DNA from: a virus
Strand: one strand, 5' to 3'
Length of the DNA: 46,935 nt
Virus record (IMG/VR): IMGVR_UViG_3300002542_000002
In this document: piece by piece, positions 15,971-23,853 of the stretch
Layout of the letters: each line of letters begins with the position of its first letter
How positions within the stretch are numbered: the stretch's first letter is position 1
Position numbers and translations under genes: made by a program
Notes under the pieces: model-generated
Database searches by the model: none
What the model was told of the DNA's origin: nothing
Seen by the model: only the letters and a program-made list of their open reading frames with translations

Positions 15971-16001
15971 AAAAAAATAGCTTACGATTTACTCGTAAGC
16001 T
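15971..16001 (-). terminator. strong rho-independent terminator after the ATPase gene
   Basis: Minus strand reads AGCTTACGA-GTAAA-TCGTAAGCT followed by TTTTTTT. Confidence 0.85.
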
Positions 16002-16002
16002 T

Positions 16003-18171
16003 TCAATCTTGCATAGACGGAGGCGGAGCCATTCGAGCGACGAAAGGCTTTAGATAATCGCCGCCGGAGCGGATAACATTAATCGCATAATGTCTTTTCG
16101 TTTTGAGCGCCTCCTCTACCGTTATCGGCGCTATTTCTTGAGCGAGATCCCGGTACGTTTTCGCCGAGCTGGAGTATAAATGGTAGTGAGGGAGAGCGCT
16201 CTTAATGATATCTCGGAGATCCGGATCGATTTGTTTCCATTCGTGAAAGAGCCAAACGTACCCGATCCGCCATTTTCTCGACTCTACCGAGGCGCTTTTC
16301 CATATCCGAGCGCTCTTACTGTATTGATGAGGCTCGTCGGCAATAACGAAAAACGGAAACTGATTTTCCGGCTTTCGGAGAGTCATAGCGAGATCGATTT
16401 TTGTACTTAAGAGAGCGCCGATAATGTTTACTCCCTCGGTACCGACGATACTCTTAGGTACATCGATAACGATCGCTTTCTTTTGACTCATAAGATCAAC
16501 GAGATCGATCCCATCATCCGCCTCGAAACACTCGGCGAGAAACTCATCTCCGAGGATTGTATCGAAACGGTTAAGGATCGGCTCAAGGATTTGCCGCCGC
16601 CGTCCGTCGCTATGCTTATGGAGATCCTCGAGAGTCGTTTTATGGATACCCGGAGAAATCCGTTTAAGCGCCTCCTCCCGCTCTTTTTTATCCTCAAGGA
16701 TAGAAAGTACCTCGGAAAGCTTATCGCCTCTCATAGCCATAACAGCGGCTCTTAAATAGCGGCTCGTTTGAGCGCCTGCCTCGTCGGTCGAGTCGGCAAA
16801 AAAGGAGAGGATCGTATTAGCGAGCCTACCTCTCGCTTTAACGCTATGCTTAACCTCTCTCCAATCGAGCGAGATCGGTTTTTCGCCGATCCGGATCCTT
16901 ACGATCTTATCCGCCGGGAGCTTACTCTCCAGCTCGTCGCCAATCTCCCCCTTTGCTGGATCGATACATAAAGCGCCGAAACCATTTAATACCGCTTGAT
17001 ACATAAAGTTAGCGCCAAAGCCTCGGGTTTTCCCCGATCCCATCCCTCCGATAACGATCCGAGGTAGACATAACTCATCCCAATCATTAACCGGGAAGTA
17101 TACCTTTTCCTCTTTTCCTTTGATCGTATGAGTACCCAGCCATAAACCGCCTTTAAGCAAGCGATCCGGGAGCGGCGTTTCTAAGCTGGAAACTCGCTCG
17201 ATGTTGTATTTTTCTTGGAGCGGGTTTGTAGGCATTAAAAGCAATCGAGAAAACTCCGGGATACTCATATAATCCTTTTGTAATTTAAAGCCGCTTTTAC
17301 GCTCTTTCATAAGTTTAAATCCCCTTTCTGTATCGATCGTTTTATCGGTTAGATAATTATCCCCATCGAGCGAACGAAACGCCGTATAAATCATCCGAGC
17401 GAGATCCGCCGATCGCTGCTTATTTTTTGAAATGATCCCGATCCGGATCGTTACATCGTAAGCCTCGCCTCTTGCTTTATGGATTGTTTCGTTTCTAAGG
17501 TATCCATCCCGGAGTATTTGAGATCGCTCCGCTTGATCGAGATCGATCGGATCCTCCAGCTTGCCGCCTGTTAGCTCGACGATCGTTTCGACGGCTCCGA
17601 GTACCGCTTTCGTCGTAAAGAGGAGAGCGGTTTTCCCGAAATACGCTTTATCGAGGCGGATCTTTCTCGGCAAGGATCCCTTTTTAAACTGTTTATAAGC
17701 CTCTACCGCTCCGATATACCAATCATTAGCGGCGGGGATCGCTAAGTATTGCAAATAAATCTCCTCGTCATCGGACATCATAAGGGTAGTATCCAATATA
17801 GCGGATAGGAGAGCGTTCGTTCTCTTATCCACTCTTAGGGATAAAAAGTAATGGTTAGCATACATTAGCTCGCTCATAAAGGTAGGCTTTTTAACGATCG
17901 GATCCTCAACTTTGCGGATCGTCGCTTTCGGAAACGTACTTTCGATCGCTTTAACGACGATATCCTCGCTCTCGTCTTTAACGGTAACGATAAAGCGGGT
18001 ACCTTTTTTCTTGAGGATCGTTTCAAACGAAAGGAAAGGATGTTTCTCGAAACGCTTTTTCTCCGGATCCCAGCGAGTTAAAAGCGGCTTATACGTTGCT
18101 AAGGAGCGAGCGAGCGTTTCGACTTGAGAGTTATCGATCCGATCATCGGGGATGATTTGTAAATGGATCAT
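16003..18171 (-). CDS. P-loop ATPase, HerA/FtsK/VirD4 (type IV coupling protein)-like, no TM segment
   Basis: 722 aa. Walker A VIGGMGSGKTRG, Walker B-like FPFFVIADEPHQY, followed by SVESRKWRIGYVWLFHEWKQ (TraG-D_C/HerA-like arrangement). The ~350-aa N-terminal region has no motif I recognise. Confidence 0.6.
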   Translation of the reverse strand: MIHLQIIPDDRIDNSQVETLARSLATYKPLLTRWDPEKKRFEKHPFLSFETILKKKGTRFIVTVKDESEDIVVKAIESTFPKATIRKVEDPIVKKPTFMSELMYANHYFLSLRVDKRTNALLSAILDTTLMMSDDEEIYLQYLAIPAANDWYIGAVEAYKQFKKGSLPRKIRLDKAYFGKTALLFTTKAVLGAVETIVELTGGKLEDPIDLDQAERSQILRDGYLRNETIHKARGEAYDVTIRIGIISKNKQRSADLARMIYTAFRSLDGDNYLTDKTIDTERGFKLMKERKSGFKLQKDYMSIPEFSRLLLMPTNPLQEKYNIERVSSLETPLPDRLLKGGLWLGTHTIKGKEEKVYFPVNDWDELCLPRIVIGGMGSGKTRGFGANFMYQAVLNGFGALCIDPAKGEIGDELESKLPADKIVRIRIGEKPISLDWREVKHSVKARGRLANTILSFFADSTDEAGAQTSRYLRAAVMAMRGDKLSEVLSILEDKKEREEALKRISPGIHKTTLEDLHKHSDGRRRQILEPILNRFDTILGDEFLAECFEADDGIDLVDLMSQKKAIVIDVPKSIVGTEGVNIIGALLSTKIDLAMTLRKPENQFPFFVIADEPHQYSKSARIWKSASVESRKWRIGYVWLFHEWKQIDPDLRDIIKSALPHYHLYSSSAKTYRDLAQEIAPITVEEALKTKRHYAINVIRSGGDYLKPFVARMAPPPSMQD

Positions 18172-18590
18172 TGTTTGCTCATCTCCTTGCCGATCTCGAC
18201 GAGGATCCCCATTAAAGCGGGAGCTAATTGTAAGCCGATATATCCTAATCCGGCGTATTTCATCATCGAGATACCTCTCGATTTTTGCCCGGTCATTATG
18301 AGGAGAAATCCGGCGGTTATCATTAAGAAAGCTACCGGGTACGATATCCCTTGTAATAGCTGGATAAGCGGATCGAAAGCGTGTATTATCCTTTCTTGCA
18401 AACTTGCCGCTAAAGTAACGGATCCTCCCATCGGATCAAAAACAGCGCATACGGCGGATAAACCGAGCAAGGAGTAGCTAATGATATCCTCGATCCTTTC
18501 CTTTTTGGATCTTCTCTCCTTTTGCTTATAAGATCCGTCCATAAAATCCCGGAAAGAGATCGTTTCCGTTTTGTTTAACACTTTAAGCAT
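18168..18590 (-). CDS. polytopic small membrane protein (140 aa), translationally coupled to the ATPase
   Basis: Basic N-terminus, then three hydrophobic segments (IISYSLLGLSAVCAVF; ISYPVAFLMITAGFLLIM; AGLGYIGLQLAPALMGILV). 4-nt overlap with the downstream ATPase gene. Confidence 0.65.
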   Translation of the reverse strand: MLKVLNKTETISFRDFMDGSYKQKERRSKKERIEDIISYSLLGLSAVCAVFDPMGGSVTLAASLQERIIHAFDPLIQLLQGISYPVAFLMITAGFLLIMTGQKSRGISMMKYAGLGYIGLQLAPALMGILVEIGKEMSKQ

Positions 18591-18640
18591 GTTTTAACCC
18601 TCCCCTTAAAATACGTCCGGATGAAAATCCCGGACATAAT

Positions 18641-18660
18641 TATTTATTTATTTATTTATT
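18641..18660. repeat. (TATT)5 microsatellite
   Basis: tatttatttatttatttatt read directly. Confidence 0.9.
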
Positions 18661-18682
18661 AATTCTTTATATATAATTCTTG

Positions 18683-18858
18683 TTTGTGCAAAAAATGTTG
18701 TCAAAAACAGTTGTCAAAAATCACTTGTTGAGGTTGTTAAAAATCCGAAACGAAAAACGGCGGATCCCTTGATACTCTAGGGATTAAAGGAGGTATTAGG
18801 TTGTCAAAGATCACGAAAGAAGGTTGTCAAAAAGGGTTGCAAAAAAGGTTGTCAAAAA
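18683..18858. repeat. array of eight same-orientation 11-bp iterons GTTGTCAAAAA (two clusters of four)
   Basis: Perfect copies at 18697-18707, 18710-18720, 18823-18833 and 18848-18858. One-mismatch copies at 18733-18743 and 18800-18810. Degenerate copies at about 18683-18695 and 18836-18846. Centre-to-centre spacings are 12-13 or 23 nt. The complement of each copy reads TTTTTGACAAC. Confidence 0.85.
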
Positions 18859-18970
18859 TGATTTTATTTCCCGATCATTTCCCGATCGAAAAGGAGGCGG
18901 TAAACATGGTACCTCTCGGGTACATCCTTGTAATCATCGGCGGCATTATCGTTATGGTTAAAGCCTTTTA

Positions 18971-19189
18971 TTAATCGTCTAACTTAAACTTGATCCCTCC
19001 GGATCCAGCCGAGCGAATCACTTTAGAAGATGGAGCGGGAGAGGCGGCTTTCCTTACCGCCCGATCCCGCTCGATTAACCCTTTTACATACGCCGAAAAG
19101 TTTTTAAATTGTAGCGTATACCGATAAAGCTCCGCTTGAGCTGGATCCTCGAGATTAAAGGCGACTCCTCGAGTTTTTATAGCGCTCAC
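18971..19189 (-). CDS. ribbon-helix-helix (CopG/Arc/ParG/ParR-like) DNA-binding protein
   Basis: 72 aa. TRGVAFNLEDPAQAELYRYTLQFKNFSAYVKGLIERD fits a beta-strand/helix/helix RHH pattern. GTG start overlaps the upstream stop (GTGA). Confidence 0.55.
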   Translation of the reverse strand: MSAIKTRGVAFNLEDPAQAELYRYTLQFKNFSAYVKGLIERDRAVRKAASPAPSSKVIRSAGSGGIKFKLDD

Positions 19190-19314
19190 TTTTTAGCCTC
19201 CTCTTTGATTTTCTTAGCGATAGCGACGGCGATCGCTTGATCTTTCGCCAAAAATTTACGAGGTTTTTTCTCGTTTTTAATTTTGATCGTGTAAGTTTTT
19301 AACATCTTGATCCT
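19186..19314 (-). CDS. small basic protein (42 aa)
   Basis: Hand-translated: MLKTYTIKIKNEKKPRKFLAKDQAIAVAIAKKIKEEAKK. SD GGAGAGG upstream. Coupled to the RHH gene. Confidence 0.45.
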   Translation of the reverse strand, partial: RIKMLKTYTIKIKNEKKPRKFLAKDQAIAVAIAKKIKEEAKK

Positions 19315-19323
19315 CTCCTTAAC

Positions 19324-19341
19324 ATGTAATTTTGATTACAT
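19324..19341. promoter_or_regulatory. palindromic operator ATGTAAT-TTTG-ATTACAT in the cassette leader
   Basis: Perfect 7-bp inverted arms between a TATAAT -10 (complement of 19365-19370) and the SD of the 42-aa ORF. The 9-mer ACATGTAAT recurs at 19775-19783. Confidence 0.5.
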
Positions 19342-19528
19342 TACATATTACTACCGGGTTAGCGATTATATACCTAAAAAAAAGATAAAAATTTTTTCGG
19401 ATCTCTTTCTCTAATTATCCCGGATACCGCTCTCGCTTCAAAAATCGCCGTATAAGGAGCGAAAAGAGGCTCCCGAGGGTATTTATACCCGAGAGCCGAA
19501 AACGTCAAAAATACGCCTTTTTAGGCAT

Positions 19529-19554
19529 AAAAAAAGAGCCGTTTACTCCGGCTC
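19529..19554 (-). terminator. rho-independent terminator overlapping the stop of the Zn-ribbon gene
   Basis: Minus strand reads GAGCCGG-AGTAAA-CGGCTC followed by TTTTTTT. Confidence 0.75.
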
Positions 19555-19737
19555 CTCATTCTCCATTAAATACCCGCATCCTTCACATTTTTTACCTCCC
19601 GGGATGATATGATCCTCATACTCGATGATCCCACAATCCAAACATAAATAAATAATGACTCCGGAGCGGCGTTTGAGTTGCTTACCGATCCGCCGCCGGA
19701 TATTTTGCCGCTCTTTTTCCGTATATTTGATACTCAT
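19543..19737 (-). CDS. hypothetical zinc-ribbon protein (64 aa)
   Basis: Start at ATG 19737 with SD AAGGAGAGG. CLDC...CEGC. Confidence 0.6.
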   Translation of the reverse strand: MSIKYTEKERQNIRRRIGKQLKRRSGVIIYLCLDCGIIEYEDHIIPGGKKCEGCGYLMENEEPE

Positions 19738-19880
19738 ATCCCGATCCTCTCCTTGTTTTGAAGTGTTTAAAATGACATGTAATGAAATGCTAACCATTCG
19801 CAATAAATAAGGGAGATCTCGCTTAGGCTGGAGATCCCCCTTAAAAGCTCCTAAAGGAGCTTATGCTCGCCGGAGCGATT

Positions 19881-20306
19881 TTATGCACGTTTACCATGAA
19901 TTTTTTTACTCCGCTTTAGATTTTCGTAAAGAAGATCGGTAAATCGATCCCAATCGATCGGATAGATCTCCGCTTTTAATACCCGCTTTATTCCGATTTT
20001 TTCCGAGTAAGGGATGATCTCGTAAGCGGCTCGAAAAGCCTCCTCGCTAAATAAGCCGCCTCCCAGCTTATAACCGTTTTGATCTCGCTCGATCCCGATC
20101 CATACTACCTCGGTATAAGGCGATCCTTCCCGCTGGATTAATTGTAGCGGCGCTCGGTAAACTTGGTATCCAGCCGCTAATGCATCCTTAAGATGTTTGT
20201 ATCCTGCCTGCTTAAGCAGTATCGGGAGGATATGATAATAAGCCTTTTCCATGATATCGTCGATCGATCCGTTTACCATCTCCACACAAAAAGCGATATT
20301 CGTCAT
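19881..20306 (-). CDS. hypothetical protein (141 aa)
   Basis: ORF with a 4-nt overlap with the upstream ORF. Confidence 0.6.
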   Translation of the reverse strand: MTNIAFCVEMVNGSIDDIMEKAYYHILPILLKQAGYKHLKDALAAGYQVYRAPLQLIQREGSPYTEVVWIGIERDQNGYKLGGGLFSEEAFRAAYEIIPYSEKIGIKRVLKAEIYPIDWDRFTDLLYENLKRSKKIHGKRA

Positions 20307-20668
20307 TCGTTTACCCTCCCCACATGAAAAGAACGATACTCGGATCCGACAAGTCGGATCTCGAAAACGGTATGCTCTTTATATTCGTATCTTAGATCGA
20401 TTTGTCCATGATGATAGCGGAAAAGCGCCTCCGCTAACTCTTTGCATGTTTCCGGATCCCGAGCTACCGCTATCTCCTCCCAGCGATCCACTCCCGGCTT
20501 TGCGTAAGGATTAAGCTCATAGATCGAGTAAAGTTCCTCGATCCCCTCTAAGCCGTTTATGACGTTTTCCGCTACATCCCGAGCGCCTCGATGATAATCG
20601 TCATCGATCCGCTCCTCCATTACATCATTTACAAACTTTTCGATAAACGCTATCGCTTTTTTAATCAT
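20303..20668 (-). CDS. hypothetical protein (121 aa)
   Basis: ORF overlapping the upstream HTH gene by 8 nt. Confidence 0.6.
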   Translation of the reverse strand: MIKKAIAFIEKFVNDVMEERIDDDYHRGARDVAENVINGLEGIEELYSIYELNPYAKPGVDRWEEIAVARDPETCKELAEALFRYHHGQIDLRYEYKEHTVFEIRLVGSEYRSFHVGRVNE

Positions 20669-20855
20669 AAACTTTCAACCCTCGCTTTTCTTCGTATTTT
20701 CTGATATCACTTTCTTTGTATAGTGGGATCGCTCCATTAGATACATATTGTACCGGAGCGGGAAAATCCTCATGTCTTTTACTCCAATTATTCACGACTT
20801 GGCGGGAAACTCCCCATCTCATCCCGAGATCTACCTTAGTAAAAAGCCTCTCCAT
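20661..20855 (-). CDS. excisionase/MerR-like HTH DNA-binding protein
   Basis: 64 aa. FTKVDLGMRWGVSRQVVNNWSKRHEDFPAPVQYVSNGAIPLYKESDIRKYEE fits the Xis/AlpA-type HTH plus wing pattern. Confidence 0.6.
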   Translation of the reverse strand: MERLFTKVDLGMRWGVSRQVVNNWSKRHEDFPAPVQYVSNGAIPLYKESDIRKYEEKRGLKVYD

Positions 20856-20968
20856 GATGTAAAGCCTCCTTGCTTGTGTTATAATAAGGGAGATCTCCTA
20901 TCCCGAGATCCATTTTAAAACTTTTCTCCTTGTTTTGATTTAAGGATCCGGCTCTCCCCGGATCCCTC

Positions 20969-21199
20969 TCATTTATAGCGGATATACGAAACGATGGAGC
21001 TTGTCGGGATCTCAAGGTTTAATCCCTCATCGTCGAAACCGATTAAATAACTCTCTCCCTCGATCTCCCGGGATCCGGTTACTTTAAAGGATCCGATCGT
21101 AAGCGGGAGATCTTCTCTTTTGCCGTCTAACTCGAAAGCGTAAACGCCGCCGAGAAACTCCGTAAGATCCTTTATTATTTTTTGCGGTTGTCTTAGCAT
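20969..21199 (-). CDS. hypothetical protein (76 aa)
   Basis: First ORF after the class I promoter at 21244-21272. Confidence 0.6.
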   Translation of the reverse strand: MLRQPQKIIKDLTEFLGGVYAFELDGKREDLPLTIGSFKVTGSREIEGESYLIGFDDEGLNLEIPTSSIVSYIRYK

Positions 21200-21243
21200 T
21201 TTAACCTCTCCTTTCGTGTATTTATCGCCTTACCGCTAATCTT

Positions 21244-21272
21244 ATTATAACCCTTTGCGTTTCATTTGTAAA
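21244..21272 (-). promoter_or_regulatory. sigma-A type promoter, class I (TTTACA-17-TATAAT)
   Basis: Minus strand reads TGTTTACAAATGAAACGCAAAGGGTTATAAT. Confidence 0.75.
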
Positions 21273-21312
21273 CATGATAAACAAAAAAGGGAAGGTTTCC
21301 CTTCCCCTGTTT

Positions 21313-21798
21313 TTAGAAATCTTTATATAAGCGGCTTTCGCTTTTATACTCCTCCTCTAAGAAATCCCGGTACTTTCTAAAGAACGCCTCCGCTCTCTTT
21401 CTCCAGCTCTCGGCGATCCGATCCGGAGCCTCGATTAATCCATCATCGAGGAGATCCCACTCGTTTAATACCGGGAAAAGGATATTTCCGATTGTTTTCT
21501 CCGGCATATTATCCAGCTCCGGAGCGAAATAGTTATTTTTTAGCTTGTAAGCATCATCGAGAGCCTCATTTATAAGCTTTTCCCGAGCCTCCTTGGAGAT
21601 CTCCTTAAGGATCCATCGATCGCCTTGCTTTTCCATACATACAAGCGGTACGATAGCGGAGTTTTTCTTATCCATGAGATCCATCGTATCAAGTCGGTAT
21701 TGTTTTTGGTCTTTGAAACGGTAGACGGTAAAAACGCCGATTTTATTAGCGAATTTATTTTCTTTTGCCTTTTCGATCGCATTGATAAGTTTATACAT
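21313..21798 (-). CDS. hypothetical protein (161 aa)
   Basis: Long ORF with SD AAAGGAGAGGG upstream. The overlapping 82-aa ORF at 21570-21818 is rejected. Confidence 0.65.
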   Translation of the reverse strand: MYKLINAIEKAKENKFANKIGVFTVYRFKDQKQYRLDTMDLMDKKNSAIVPLVCMEKQGDRWILKEISKEAREKLINEALDDAYKLKNNYFAPELDNMPEKTIGNILFPVLNEWDLLDDGLIEAPDRIAESWRKRAEAFFRKYRDFLEEEYKSESRLYKDF

Positions 21799-21897
21799 GG
21801 TTTCCCTCTCCTTTGCATGTGATTTTATCCGCTTGAAATGTCATTTAAACTACTTGGAAAGGGAGGAGCGGGGAGATCCCAGCGCCTCCCCGATCTC

Positions 21898-22149
21898 TTA
21901 GTAGTTTTGTTTAATGTAAGCCTCGGCGAGAAACTTTAGGTAGTGATGGATATCGCCGTTTTTAAAGTCGATCATCCGGATCGTATCGGCGATCACTTTC
22001 TTTTCACTTTCCGGCGCTTGCATGATAAGCTCGATCACTTGATCCGATCCGATGAAATGAGTTTCTCCGTTATGCTCGATCTCGTAAAGCTTGATCCCGA
22101 GATCTTTCTCCTCGAAAAATTTTTGTAGGTACTCGCTTGTTTTTGTCAT
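21898..22149 (-). CDS. hypothetical protein (83 aa)
   Basis: First ORF after the class I promoter at 22212-22240. Confidence 0.6.
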   Translation of the reverse strand: MTKTSEYLQKFFEEKDLGIKLYEIEHNGETHFIGSDQVIELIMQAPESEKKVIADTIRMIDFKNGDIHHYLKFLAEAYIKQNY

Positions 22150-22211
22150 CTTAGCATCTCTCCTTATCCTTTATTTTTTGCGGCTTTGCTTATCGCTCAA
22201 CCGCTAATTTT

Positions 22212-22240
22212 ATTATATATCATTTTGTTTCACTTGTAAA
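22212..22240 (-). promoter_or_regulatory. sigma-A type promoter, class I (TTTACA-17-TATAAT)
   Basis: Minus strand reads TGTTTACAAGTGAAACAAAATGATATATAAT. Confidence 0.75.
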
Positions 22241-22279
22241 CACTTTAGACAAGAAAAAAGCGGGAGAAATATCTCCCAC

Positions 22280-22465
22280 TCACCCGAGAAAAGGTTTTAT
22301 AATGATAATGATCCCGGCGAAAGATCCCGCTCCAGCGAGCAAAAGAGCAAGGAGCGAGAAACGATCCATCGCCTCCGGATCGGTTTTCTTTAAAGCCGTA
22401 TAAGCGGCTCCCGCTCCCGAGATTACACATAGAAAAGCGGCGATGATTAATAACACTTGATCCAT
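22280..22465 (-). CDS. small two-TM membrane protein (61 aa)
   Basis: MDQVLLIIAAFLCVISGAGAAY...FSLLALLLAGAGSFAGIIIIIKPF. Preceded by the conserved initiation cassette. Confidence 0.6.
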   Translation of the reverse strand: MDQVLLIIAAFLCVISGAGAAYTALKKTDPEAMDRFSLLALLLAGAGSFAGIIIIIKPFLG

Positions 22466-22521
22466 TTTAAAACTCCTCCTTTAAATGTTTAAGGTAGGGA
22501 GGGAGCGATCCCTCCCGCTTT

Positions 22522-23379
22522 TTATGCTTTTACCGCTTGCCGCTTCTTAAGGATGATTAAAAGGTTTTTATACGCTTCTTTAAACATCTCCCTTAATTCG
22601 TTTACCCGATCCTCGCCGATCAAGTCGATATGATATCTAACGTTAGCTCCGACTTGCATTAACCGCTCCGGAGCATCTTTTCCGATATATCCCGGGTAGT
22701 CGGTTGGGATCGGAGTAAATACCGTCTTAAAGTATCGATATAGTACCTCGCCGTTATGCTTACGGATATCCTCGTCGGTTAGCTGGATCCATTCGTTATT
22801 AAAAAGCTCCTCATCTAAGCGGCTCCCGCTTTCGCCTTTCTCCTCTCTTTGACAAGCGTAACACTTGAGCGAAACCGGATCTACGAAAGTATAAAACTCG
22901 AAAGAGGCTTTACAATGTGGACAAACAATATACGATTTTTTGCTCCATTTATGATAAAACTTAGCGATCATATAAGCGGCGCTATCGTTATAACATTTCC
23001 CCTCGTCGAGTACTTGAGCGATATCGCTCGGCTCGATAACCGTTTCGCCGCCGTCGATAAAGGTTACTTTAAGCGCTCCGGTTATCGGGGATTGTCCGGT
23101 TAAAACCGCTACCTCCTCATGTTTCCGGGATCCCCGAGGTTTAACAAGGATCGTACTCCATTGAGCGACGTTCCCTCTAAGGATATACCGAGCATCGTTA
23201 TGCTCGATCTCCCGCTCCTCGCCGTTATAGTTTACTCTCCATCTATTAGCCCGGTCATGTTGGTTATATCCGCATGTTTCAATGTCCGAGCCGACGAGTT
23301 TCTCATACCATGATCCAGCCGGAGCGGATACGATCCGGATCTTAAAGGTTTTTTCGTTGTAAGGATTAAACTTTTTCAT
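22522..23379 (-). CDS. hypothetical protein with internal zinc ribbon (285 aa)
   Basis: CPHCKASF...CYACQRE. Preceded by the conserved initiation cassette. Confidence 0.65.
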   Translation of the reverse strand: MKKFNPYNEKTFKIRIVSAPAGSWYEKLVGSDIETCGYNQHDRANRWRVNYNGEEREIEHNDARYILRGNVAQWSTILVKPRGSRKHEEVAVLTGQSPITGALKVTFIDGGETVIEPSDIAQVLDEGKCYNDSAAYMIAKFYHKWSKKSYIVCPHCKASFEFYTFVDPVSLKCYACQREEKGESGSRLDEELFNNEWIQLTDEDIRKHNGEVLYRYFKTVFTPIPTDYPGYIGKDAPERLMQVGANVRYHIDLIGEDRVNELREMFKEAYKNLLIILKKRQAVKA

Positions 23380-23483
23380 TTTAAAACTCCTCCTTGTTTT
23401 AAATGTTCTAAGTTTTTTGTTCGTATTGTATAATGGACGAAACGGAAAGCTTTTCCGTCATTACACTTTAGGAGGTAGATAAT

Positions 23484-23840
23484 GTGGCGACTACTTCTAA
23501 AGCGATCAAATTAAACGATAATTTTACTTATCCGGGTACCGGATACCTTAACACATCCGAGGATTATCTTAACGTTTATGCTACTTGGGAAACGCCTTAT
23601 AATACTTATGTTTACGCTAAAATGACACTCCAGCGCTACGAGAATGGAGCTTGGAAAAACATCGAAACGAAAGGCGCTTACGCTTTGTACTCTCACACTC
23701 AACGGTATCATGCTAATGTTCAGTTTACGAACATAGCCAAGAAAAACGCTAAAATGAGGGTAAAAATTAACTTACATGACGGTTGGGATCCGAGTAGCCC
23801 TTCGCTACAAACAGCTTACGGCGCTACTTGGACGAGATAA
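23484..23840 (+). CDS. hypothetical Tyr/Thr/Asn/Trp-rich protein (118 aa); the only plus-strand gene (moron-like)
   Basis: GTG start 8 nt after GGAGG (23471-23475). Own terminator at 23854-23887. Composition and GATC density differ from the rest of the genome. Confidence 0.6.
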   Translation: MATTSKAIKLNDNFTYPGTGYLNTSEDYLNVYATWETPYNTYVYAKMTLQRYENGAWKNIETKGAYALYSHTQRYHANVQFTNIAKKNAKMRVKINLHDGWDPSSPSLQTAYGATWTR

Positions 23841-23853
23841 TCCGGTAAGATCC

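Noticed and set aside
18168-18590. VirB2/TrbC pilin-like identity for the 140-aa membrane protein
   Set aside because: The size and hydrophobic pattern are compatible with it. However, I see no signal-peptide cleavage motif or diagnostic sequence signature. It is left as a generic polytopic membrane protein pending structure/HMM comparison.
18683-18858. Possible CRISPR array
   Set aside because: The repeats are only 11 bp, and the gaps between them are 1-12 nt and irregular. There is no leader or cas context. This is an iteron array, not CRISPR.
20661-20855. Excisionase call implying a lysogeny module
   Set aside because: The fold-level resemblance to Xis/AlpA/MerR HTH proteins is plausible. 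However, there is no integrase or att site in the genome, so it is annotated only as an HTH DNA-binding protein.
20839-20913. 25-aa ORF (MDLGIGDLPYYNTSKEALHHGEAFY) behind a copy of the conserved initiation cassette
   Set aside because: It is very short, overlaps the SD and start of the Xis-like gene, and contains the 15-mer/palindrome regulatory box. It is more likely a regulatory region than a gene, although leader-peptide function cannot be excluded.
22497-22521. Hairpin GGGAGGGA-GCGA-TCCCTCCC after the 22522-23379 gene as its terminator
   Set aside because: The T-run follows the stem only on the plus strand (GCTTTTTA). On the transcribed minus strand the stem is followed by TACCTTAAAC. 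It may stop antisense transcription or act as a stabiliser, but it is not a clear intrinsic terminator for the minus-strand gene.
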